In this document: positions 26,001 to 32,000 of the stretch, in pieces
Numbering within the stretch: position 1 is the first letter of the stretch
How the letters are laid out: every line of letters begins with the position of its first letter
From: SAR324 cluster bacterium
GTDB taxonomy: Bacteria; SAR324; NAC60-12
NCBI GenBank assembly: GCA_015232315.1
Contig: JADFZZ010000003.1
Location: forward strand, 112,194 to 144,193
Length of the DNA: 32,000 nucleotides
Direction of reading: 5' to 3'
Program-made: the position numbers and the translations under genes
Notes under the pieces: generated by a model
The model's input: only the letters and a program-made list of their open reading frames with translations
Database searches by the model: none
Told to the model about the DNA's origin: nothing

Positions 26001-27523
26001 CCGAAATACCCCAAAATCACTCCAAGGCGCACCATCTGCCCCTTGAGTCTTCTTTTGGTATAAAGATTCATCGACAGGATTTCATGATGGAACATGCCAT
26101 AAGCCATGAGCAATCCCGGAATGAAGATCCAGGTTGCAGTCGGATAAAAATCAATTCCGTTGACCAGCGGAATGTTTCCCAAGGTCAAGAGGGCACTGAC
26201 AGAGTTTCCCAGGAATACAAACAGGATCCGCTTTTTCTGTAGGGAATCTGTTTCCACGAGCCAGGACTTTCTCAATAACCAGCAGGCCCAGAGCGTGGCC
26301 AGACTGCCACTGATGCCAAACAGATTGAACGGCCATTTTCCATGCAGATAGTAACCAAACGAATAGGTGTAAGGCTGTGGCCATGCATACCATGGTGTCA
26401 TTACCAGATACATGAGCAACAGGGATAGTCCATACAGCAGATAGATCAGCCGACGTTCATCCCGTTTGAGCAACAGATAAACAAAGTGCAGACCGATGGG
26501 AAGGATCGCAACCAGAAACGCATGGGTTGTGAGTGCGATGTGATTGACAAGTGTGGCATCTTTCAGGATAAACGCACACAGAGTATTCAGGTTGAGCCAT
26601 CCCAGTAACGCAAAAAACACACCCAGTAACAAGGCTGAGAGGTCACGGTAAATTTTCAGAAAACAGAAACTGGCAAGTCCCAGACAGACAAACAGGGAAG
26701 TGACGGGTGGGATCGCATAACGCCATCCCGCAGTCCAGAATTCCGGTCTGGTGTGTGTGTTGGCGGCGGCCAGCATGAAGAGAACAAATACCAGAACTGG
26801 AAGCCAGAAGAACATGACGATCAATCTGGGGTAATGTCCTCGATTGAACCAGTTTCTGGTGGTGGCAAACAGTCTGTATTCCAGAATGCCATAGGCGATG
26901 AACAACAGTGGAATAAATCCGAAATTTCCAGGAGGATAAATGTTGATACCAAAGGTTGGGATGGCAGTGGTGAGCGTCAACGCGGCATTCAGAATCATGC
27001 CCAGCAAGACATAACGGACTTTATGCGAACTTGCTTTCAACTTTGACCAGAGCAGAGCGATAGCGTAAATCAACGAGACACCCGCATAAATCACAAAAAA
27101 ATCATATCCGGGACCAGTAAGATATTCTACACCCTGCGGCGTTTGATAAGTTCCTCTGACAAACCAGGAGGTTGGTACCGTCAGCATCAGCAGCAAACTG
27201 ATGGTGTAATTGATCCTGATCACCAGAAACCAGTGTTTTATCGCCAGAATTTCATGAATAAAATGCAGTGCCACCGGGACGATAAAAACGTAAGGCAGAT
27301 AGATGAAATGAAGGAGGTTCAAACTCATTGAGGGGGAGAGACTCACGGTGTCAATCAGTTCATTGAACGCCTCGAGTCCCTGGAGGATGCAATAGATGGT
27401 GAATAACTGCGCGTCACGACGGTGTCGTCCGGTTTTGATCGTGATTGATGCCAGAAAAAAAGCTATCACAACGGTCAAAATGATTGGAACAGTGTATGGA
27501 AAGATTAAATCCCAACGAAGCAT
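23012..27523 (-). CDS. Giant membrane receptor adenylate cyclase: 3 x 7TM sensor modules, degenerate GAF-like domain, 1 x GAF, class III cyclase, TPR-like tail
   Basis: 1503-aa ORF. The 7TM modules lie at aa 8-216, 267-480 and 530-743 (nt 27502-26876, 26725-26084, 25936-25295). The GAF domain is at aa ~1020-1190 (nt 24466-23954). The cyclase is at aa ~1240-1430 (nt 23806-23234) with LSILFSDIRDFT, IDKFIGDAIMALF and DSTVVGDTVNIAARMEG. The tail reads PENWNGAVIMDIK. By eye it is about three-quarters identical to the 3514-8565 protein across the GAF-cyclase region. Confidence 0.9.
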   Translation of the reverse strand: MLRWDLIFPYTVPIILTVVIAFFLASITIKTGRHRRDAQLFTIYCILQGLEAFNELIDTVSLSPSMSLNLLHFIYLPYVFIVPVALHFIHEILAIKHWFLVIRINYTISLLLMLTVPTSWFVRGTYQTPQGVEYLTGPGYDFFVIYAGVSLIYAIALLWSKLKASSHKVRYVLLGMILNAALTLTTAIPTFGINIYPPGNFGFIPLLFIAYGILEYRLFATTRNWFNRGHYPRLIVMFFWLPVLVFVLFMLAAANTHTRPEFWTAGWRYAIPPVTSLFVCLGLASFCFLKIYRDLSALLLGVFFALLGWLNLNTLCAFILKDATLVNHIALTTHAFLVAILPIGLHFVYLLLKRDERRLIYLLYGLSLLLMYLVMTPWYAWPQPYTYSFGYYLHGKWPFNLFGISGSLATLWACWLLRKSWLVETDSLQKKRILFVFLGNSVSALLTLGNIPLVNGIDFYPTATWIFIPGLLMAYGMFHHEILSMNLYTKRRLKGQMVRLGVILGYFGLFFIILWVVREHSWQHMLTHLNWYVLPPFISVLICGLLSILALYLGQHTQTSQIFSIICTIYAFLNTEIFLNNMVNSAEQALTLSRLSHFFLVLILGLTLHFLFIVFRITTHRWLWKGAYLAGLIMLPLTQTSWYFGTSVKMPWGWYPQGNIAFLFMCLGWLVYTPLAAWLIYRKYHTMKVTEASVGSQWIFPGTLGAGVFTLGNIPGTVGYQIYPLGSLIFIPFLFIAYGLFRHNLQNALQISRKIVLWSATLSALGLLGVSLKLVFPTNWGVLAYWVVMAMVILGYKVIFHVLNMLLKLFWQGPDHIRHKIPKLNQELSQSRSLKELGSVLANHLGRLLSTRQLSFLVFDAKQQAYTGWQHTHAEHVFFGSTSTTSEEWCSIPADHALLEFMEDRHLIQQEEWEEWLLTHPASGADQMRNAWLIVPVFYQETICALMLLGEKLNGNYYSDAEKNFLAQIGFGLGAHIENTRLLEGLEHMVEERTRDLEQAQKQVMTLYEQSHQHELELEHMNQVLKMVSSTLNLRDVMDAVMEGLQTILDFNQLGIFLVEPDKKTIRLADYYGKGAYSREQAEMIRQISIPLEQYTSYIANTILDKETKYISPITPTLSDYFFPIDKQMYDIHPVKAYLLVPISVQQEVIGVMVFVQTITPFELNESDLQRIERYVPQVAIAIHNAHLYQELKTTQIQLAGTEKIAAMTRTFEKFVPRQFLKRLAVDGMENIQLGNAESEELSILFSDIRDFTSFSETLTPQELLNFLNAYFKRMNNAIHDNYGFIDKFIGDAIMALFDYPEKDPVNSTLNAVNAAIAMQQAVQLYNQHRESVGYSPVRIGIGLHRGPVVIGTVGGQDRMDSTVVGDTVNIAARMEGLTKYYGASIIVSRTVRYLMMEQKHLCFRELDWIQVKGKTEATGIYEVFNHDPPHILEMKNETRQFFSAGLFLRYERKWWDAIKMFEKSLSVFPEDRAAMLHIRQCEQLQARILPENWNGAVIMDIK

Positions 27524-27620
27524 GATGTTTTGATTTCTAAAATTGGATGAATGCAGTAACAGGAATCCCCCGAAGCCGAAATTTAACAGTGCAAGTTACA
27601 TGCTCATTCAGCTCTAAAAT

Positions 27621-27945
27621 AACAGGCTTTTTTTTTAGGAAAAATTCGGAAAATTTGGGGGGTAGTTCCTGAAAAGCTGATCAGGTGAGGAGTGCTTCTC
27701 GTTCCGATGCCGCAATTGCTATAGCCTATAGCGGGAATCAGGGCCATTTTAAATTCGCTGTTGGCACCACCCCAGCGGTCACAACAGGCTTTTTAGGAAA
27801 AGTTCGGAAAAACTTTGGGGCCATTCCTGAACAGTACATCAGGAATGGCGGAAGGATGGATTCATGCGCCGGGGCCGCAATCAATACAACGTTTGGCAGA
27901 AACAGGGCCCATTTTGAGTTTGCTGTTGGCATCACGCAAGGCGGT
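27621..27945. repeat. Diverged tandem duplication (2 x ~162 bp) covering the 3' end of the flavoprotein gene and its downstream spacer
   Basis: Unit 2 (27783-27945) contains the last ~28 codons of the 27862-29298 gene plus ~80 bp downstream. Unit 1 (27621-27782) aligns along its whole length, for example aacaggcttttt..aggaaaa.ttcggaaaa..ttgggg...ttcctgaa.ag...atcagg and gggcc.atttt.a.tt.gctgttggca.cac. It no longer preserves the reading frame end. Confidence 0.6.
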
Positions 27946-29298
27946 CCGGAGGCCTTCTTCCACAACAGGATGGTAAAACGGCATATCCAGCATTTGTGGA
28001 ATGGTGAGTTTCTGCTGATGGGCCCATGCCAGCAGATGGCCTATGTTTTCAGCACGGGGGCCTATCATTTCAGCACCCATGAAAATTCCTGTTCCATGTT
28101 CCGCATACAGATGCAGTAACCCCTTGTTTTTCAGCATCACACGACTGCGTCCCTGATCTTCAAAAGAAACGATGCCGGTCACAAAACAATCTCCGGGGAG
28201 TTGATCATAACGCATTCCCACGGTGGCAATCTGTGGATCACAAAACACAATCCCCAAGGGGCTGGTGCGATGTCCGGAGCGAATATCAGGGAACTTTCCG
28301 GCGTTTTCACCGGCAATCCGGCCTTCATCCGCGGCTTCATGCAACAGCGGAAGATCATGGTTGGCATCCCCCGCTATAAAAATGGAACTGTTGCCGCATT
28401 GCATGGTGAAATGGTCATAGACAGGAACGTTCCTTGAATTGAGTTCGAGGGTGGTGTTTTCCAGATGGAGCCGATCCAGATTGGGCTGGCGGCCAGTTGC
28501 CGCCAGGATGTAATCAAAATATTCTTCCCGTTCTTCACAGTGTTTGCCCTGATACACCATCCGCACGCGCTTGCCCTGTCGTTCGATAGCGATCAGATTC
28601 GCCTCGGTGATCAGACAGAATTCATTGCGGAACAATCGGGTGGAATATTCCTTGAGCGCAGGATCAGTGAAGGGCCCAATGAAGCCGCCACGCCCGAGAA
28701 GGCTGACTCGCACGCCAAGCCGGTGCAGAGCCTGGCCGATTTCGAGTCCGATCACACCGGGGCCGAAGACCGCGACAGATTCAGGGAGAGTGTCCCATTC
28801 AAAAACGTCATCATTGATGATCAGCCGATCGCCCAGCCCTTGAAGCACAGGCGGAATCACCGGACTGGAACCGGTGGCGATCACAATGGCGTTGGCTGTG
28901 ATCCGGGTATGATCCTCCACCTGGAGGGTGTGGTCATCCACAAAGGTCGCATATCCTACGATTTTGTCTTCCACCGGGAAATTTGCCACAGACTCCAGAA
29001 CAAAGCCCACAAAGCGGTCTCGTTCCGATTTCACCCGATGCATTACTTTGGCACCATCAATTCTGATTCTGCCTTCAGGGAAAATCCCGAATTCCGGAGC
29101 CTGTTCAATGGCATGCACTGCTTCCGCGGCTGAAATCAGCAGTTTGCTTGGCATACAGCCAACCCGGGCGCAGGTGGTTCCATACACACCCCCTTCAATC
29201 AACACCACTTTTTTCGCATGACGTTTTGCTCCACGGTAAGCGCCCATACCAGCGGTTCCGGCACCGATTATTGCGACATCAACATTCAATTCTTTCAT
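27862..29298 (-). CDS. FAD-dependent pyridine nucleotide-disulfide oxidoreductase, dihydrolipoyl dehydrogenase family
   Basis: 478 aa. It has an FAD-binding GxGxxG (IIGAGTAGMGA), the redox-active disulfide motif GTTCARVGCMPSK and an NAD-binding GPGVIGLEIGQ. The C-terminal interface His-Glu motif is HPVVEEG. An unusual extra tail, KRCIDCGPGA, follows. Confidence 0.85.
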   Translation of the reverse strand: MKELNVDVAIIGAGTAGMGAYRGAKRHAKKVVLIEGGVYGTTCARVGCMPSKLLISAAEAVHAIEQAPEFGIFPEGRIRIDGAKVMHRVKSERDRFVGFVLESVANFPVEDKIVGYATFVDDHTLQVEDHTRITANAIVIATGSSPVIPPVLQGLGDRLIINDDVFEWDTLPESVAVFGPGVIGLEIGQALHRLGVRVSLLGRGGFIGPFTDPALKEYSTRLFRNEFCLITEANLIAIERQGKRVRMVYQGKHCEEREEYFDYILAATGRQPNLDRLHLENTTLELNSRNVPVYDHFTMQCGNSSIFIAGDANHDLPLLHEAADEGRIAGENAGKFPDIRSGHRTSPLGIVFCDPQIATVGMRYDQLPGDCFVTGIVSFEDQGRSRVMLKNKGLLHLYAEHGTGIFMGAEMIGPRAENIGHLLAWAHQQKLTIPQMLDMPFYHPVVEEGLRTALRDANSKLKMGPVSAKRCIDCGPGA

Positions 29299-29312
29299 GA
29301 GTTTCCTTTGCG

Positions 29313-29780
29313 TTACCGATTGATTTTATCCTGAAGTTTTTCATTGACCCAGGCGACATAGGATCCAGGCAGTCCCATCAAGGCGACCAGTTCCGTGACA
29401 TATTCAAGTTCTTCATCTTCCAGAATACCATCAACCGCCAGGATCTCGCTGATCACCTCTAGGATCAATTCTCTCAAATCCTTGTTGAGATAATCGCATC
29501 CCGGTAATTCTTTCAAAAAGATATCAGGACTGTGCAGATCTCTGGAAAATTTGCGAAAGGCATCCATGTGAATCATGGAATAGGGCTGAAGGACATCTTC
29601 AATGAACTCACGTTCTTTTTCATCAATGATTCCGTCAATCGTGATGGCCTTGGCAATGGCTGTGTAAATCCACAGCACAATGTCAGGTAAAATAGTTTTA
29701 ACCTGTTCTGACTGTTCTGCTGATTCTATCAAACATTCAAACAAATATTTGATTTGTTGAAAAAGATGGCGAGGGGGCAT
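29313..29780 (-). CDS. TerB-like (tellurite-resistance TerB / DjlA N-terminal type) domain protein
   Basis: It has two copies of the TerB-type motif: IDGIIDEKEREFIEDVL and VDGILEDEELEYVTELVALMGL. The ORF opens at 29804, but ATG 29780 is preceded by GGGAGA at about 7 nt, so that start is preferred. The alternative is 29313..29804. Confidence 0.55.
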   Translation of the reverse strand: MPPRHLFQQIKYLFECLIESAEQSEQVKTILPDIVLWIYTAIAKAITIDGIIDEKEREFIEDVLQPYSMIHMDAFRKFSRDLHSPDIFLKELPGCDYLNKDLRELILEVISEILAVDGILEDEELEYVTELVALMGLPGSYVAWVNEKLQDKINR

Positions 29781-29883
29781 TGCAAAATCTCCCGGAAATG
29801 TCATGTAATGAATATGTAAGACAGAAACAGCTCTGTCTCAATGGTTATTCTTATAAACAACGATTGAACAACTGTATTGGCTG

Positions 29884-30339
29884 ATGAAACGACTCAGTGT
29901 TATTGATGCGGCATTTCTGGAAATCGAAACTCATGAAAGCCCCATGCATGTTGCGAATTTAATGGTAATGACCATTCCTGAAACACGGGAACAGGAATCT
30001 TTTTTAAGGGAATTGCTGGATTCATTTTGTGACTTAGCAAAATCTTCCGCACCTTTCAATCGGAAACTGGCCTCACCTCATTTACTTTCCGGTTGGCCGG
30101 CATGGATTGAGGACGATGGACTGGATTTGACGTTTCATATCCGTCGCTCCGCGGTGCCCTTGCCCCATGGCATTCCTGATTGGTCTAAAAACCGATTTTT
30201 CTCTGGGAAATACCTCTTTGCATGGACTTTTATATTGTGTTATCCGTCTTACATGCTACTTACCCAGATCTTTTGTGGCATAGACCGTTATCGGTTCCTT
30301 TCAAAAGTAGTTGACATTGAAGGGCAAACTGTAAACTAA
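29884..30339 (+). pseudogene. Truncated wax-ester synthase / diacylglycerol acyltransferase (WS/DGAT): N-terminal ~96 aa only
   Basis: MKRLSVIDAAFLEIETHESPMHVANLMVMTIP...APFNRKLASP...WIEDDGLDLTFHIRRSAVPLPHG matches the WS/DGAT N-terminus. The family pattern is L.P.D..FL..E....PMHVG.L......, PF..KL and FDL..H.R...LP.PG. Homology is lost near nt 30172, before the catalytic HHxxxDG motif. Full-length enzymes are about 450-480 aa. A +1 frame reading DLLWHRPLS (about 30270-30296) may be a further decayed piece. Confidence 0.65.
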
Positions 30340-30468
30340 AATTCAGTCTTTCTAAAAGGAACCCCGTTCACAATAGAAAATAATTTATTACTTGACAGGG
30401 ATGGCTACATTTTTGCAAACACTCAGTCCATATATTCATCTCGAAACATGACTGATACATGAGGTTCC

Positions 30469-31242
30469 ATGAAAATTACCTTTCTTGGTGTGGGTTCCGC
30501 ATTCTCAAAGATCAACGCGAACAGCAATCTTTTGGTAGAAAGTGGCAATATCAATATGTTGGTGGACTGTGGTCACACAGCCTCGGCATCCCTGATTCAA
30601 CACGGGAGATCTATTGCTGATATTTCCAATATTTTTATCACTCATTTGCATGCGGATCATATTGGTGGACTGGAAGAATTTGCGTTCATGACCCGTCTGG
30701 TGTTTAAAAAAAGTGTCCAGGTGATGGGAACCTCCTCGATCCTTCATCGACTTTGGAATCACAGTCTCAAAGGTGGTCTGGAATTTATTGAACTCACGCC
30801 TGATGACGTGACGCCCCAGGTGATGGAAGATTTTTTTACCCCTCGTTCATTGCCACATAGTCAATGGATCAAACTGGATGATTCCTCTCCTCTGGAAATG
30901 TACCTTCATCCAACGAATCATGTGAAACTGATGGAAAGTTATGCGGTGGAACTCCGTGAGGGTGACAAACATGTTCTTTATACCTCAGACACTCGCTTCG
31001 ATCGTCCCCTGCTGGAAAAATGCATAGATCGCTGCACCTATATTTTTCATGACTGTCAGTTGTTTGACATGGGAGGCAATAATGATCTCGGTGTTCACAC
31101 GTCCTACAATCAGTTACGGTCTCTTCCAGGCGACATGCGTAAAAAAATGTGGCTTTATCATTATGGGGATGAACCACGCCCAGAAGCCGAAAATGAAGGG
31201 TTTGCGGGTTTTGTTTCACAGCTACAGACGTTTGACTTGTAG
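30469..31242 (+). CDS. MBL-fold metallo-hydrolase
   Basis: 257 aa. The N-terminal beta-strand is KITFLGVGSAF, followed by LVDCGH and the canonical HxHxDH motif ITHLHADHIGGL. Later His and Asp ligands are also present (YTSDT, FHDCQ, LYHYG). Confidence 0.85.
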   Translation: MKITFLGVGSAFSKINANSNLLVESGNINMLVDCGHTASASLIQHGRSIADISNIFITHLHADHIGGLEEFAFMTRLVFKKSVQVMGTSSILHRLWNHSLKGGLEFIELTPDDVTPQVMEDFFTPRSLPHSQWIKLDDSSPLEMYLHPTNHVKLMESYAVELREGDKHVLYTSDTRFDRPLLEKCIDRCTYIFHDCQLFDMGGNNDLGVHTSYNQLRSLPGDMRKKMWLYHYGDEPRPEAENEGFAGFVSQLQTFDL

Positions 31243-31384
31243 AAAAAACCTGATTCTTTCCTGCCTTTGTCTCATATATTTGCCTCAATAATTAATCTTC
31301 ATTGACAGAACGATTGAAAAATCGTTCACTTTAACCTACACTGCACCGTTACCTTGAAAATATTAATCAAATTGAGTCGAACTC

Positions 31385-31777
31385 ATGCCTGACAAACATG
31401 ATTTTTGGGAAATGATCGAACTTGCCAAAAAAGAACTCAAAACCCAGGCTCAATTTCAGGAGCCTTCCTGGAAATGGGTTCATGAGTTGGATGAGGAAGG
31501 TTTTTTTATTTTCTGTTATCTCATCAATGATCTCAACCAGGATGTTCTTTCCCGCGAAATGCTGGAGGAAACCGTCTATACGCTGGTCATGCTGCGGCAT
31601 AAATTCCTGCCGGACCATATCAAGGAAAAATATGCGCTCAACAGTCGATGGCAACTCCAGATTCTGTTTAATTTGTATGAAAAACTCAAACATCATGAAA
31701 TGTCGTGGGATCTCTGCCAGCGTTTTGTCGACGAACAACTCGAAGAATTTGTCATGACAACCAGGAACACCAATTGA
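31385..31777 (+). CDS. Hypothetical protein
   Basis: 130-aa ORF with a protein-like, helix-rich, acidic/basic composition. It is preferred over the fully overlapping minus-strand ORF (31367-31738), which needs a non-ATG start and has an odd composition. No SD is evident and I recognise no family. Confidence 0.4.
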   Translation: MPDKHDFWEMIELAKKELKTQAQFQEPSWKWVHELDEEGFFIFCYLINDLNQDVLSREMLEETVYTLVMLRHKFLPDHIKEKYALNSRWQLQILFNLYEKLKHHEMSWDLCQRFVDEQLEEFVMTTRNTN

Positions 31778-31899
31778 GTTCTTTTTTTATTTTTTTTCAT
31801 TTCATGAGCAATCCCCCCTTTTTTATCCTGCAAACACTTGTTATAAAGAAGCACCAGTCTTTCGTTCGCTGGTTTGGCATATCTTTGTAATGAGAATCC

Positions 31900-32000
31900 A
31901 TGATAAAAACAGTCTATATTTCAATATGCTTGCTGTGGTGGTGTGTCTTTGCGCCGCTTTTGCCAGCGGCTCCTGCCTTGAATATCCCTGATGCTATTGA
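31900..32000 (+). CDS. Partial CDS (N-terminus only, runs off the window): secreted protein with a signal peptide
   Basis: ATG at 31900 opens MIKTVYISICLLWWCVFAPLLPAAPALNIPDAI..., a hydrophobic core followed by an AxA-like cleavage context. The frame is open to the window end. Confidence 0.35.
   Translation, partial: MIKTVYISICLLWWCVFAPLLPAAPALNIPDAI

Noticed and set aside
23090-27331. Plus-strand ORFs inside the minus-strand cyclase gene (e.g. 23090-23440, 24125-24607, 25940-26242)
   Set aside because: They are antisense shadows of the 1503-aa receptor cyclase, with no independent support.
27685-28437. ORFs 27685-28119 (+), 27738-27965 (-), 28201-28437 (+) and 28465-29133 (+)
   Set aside because: They overlap the well-supported flavoprotein gene or the duplicated spacer. 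The 27685-28119 frame exists only because the duplicated units share sequence.
31367-31738. Minus-strand 123-aa ORF as the real gene instead of 31385-31777 (+)
   Set aside because: It requires a non-ATG start and has an F/I-rich, low-complexity composition. The plus-strand frame looks more protein-like, although neither has strong support.
1-32000. tRNA, rRNA, tmRNA, CRISPR arrays, integrons, and autonomous IS or transposase genes
   Set aside because: I scanned the intergenic regions by eye. I saw no cloverleaf-compatible segments, rRNA-like conserved blocks, regularly spaced direct repeats or transposase-like ORFs. A computational scan (tRNAscan-SE, Infernal/Rfam, ISEScan) would be needed to exclude them formally.

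Overview
Bacterial chromosomal window, mid-40s %GC by eye. I found no rRNA, tRNA, CRISPR array or transposase gene. The window is dominated by a nucleotide second-messenger signalling island. Its core is three paralogous giant membrane receptors (3514-8565 +, 11331-15398 +, 23012-27523 -). Each carries an N-terminal sensor made of three tandem 7TM modules joined by single linker helices, about 25 predicted TM helices in total, followed by a degenerate GAF-like domain and a signalling helix. The same sensor chassis is wired to different outputs. Two paralogs end in GAF plus a class III adenylate cyclase with a Lys/Thr (class IIIb-type) substrate pair. One ends in a GGDEF diguanylate cyclase with an intact RxxD I-site. 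Between them lie a STAS protein and two translationally coupled multidomain kinases. The first is a cNMP-like/HisKA/HATPase/REC hybrid. The second is REC/cNMP-like/PAS/Hpt/CheA-type HATPase. Both cNMP-like domains lack the phosphate-binding arginine. Other genes are an RND/MMPL exporter, a GNAT-toxin/RHH-antitoxin pair, a DUF3336-patatin lipase, an OmpA-like lipoprotein, a Bor-like lipoprotein, a dihydrolipoyl-dehydrogenase-family flavoprotein, a TerB-like protein and an MBL-fold hydrolase. The intergenic DNA carries three non-autonomous MITE-like insertions with terminal inverted repeats and 8-, 9- and 10-bp target-site duplications, one of them nested inside a larger palindromic element. It also carries two gene remnants (an acyl-CoA dehydrogenase C-terminus and a WS/DGAT N-terminus) and a decayed tandem duplication of a gene 3' end. 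All family assignments come from motif recognition by eye, with no database search.
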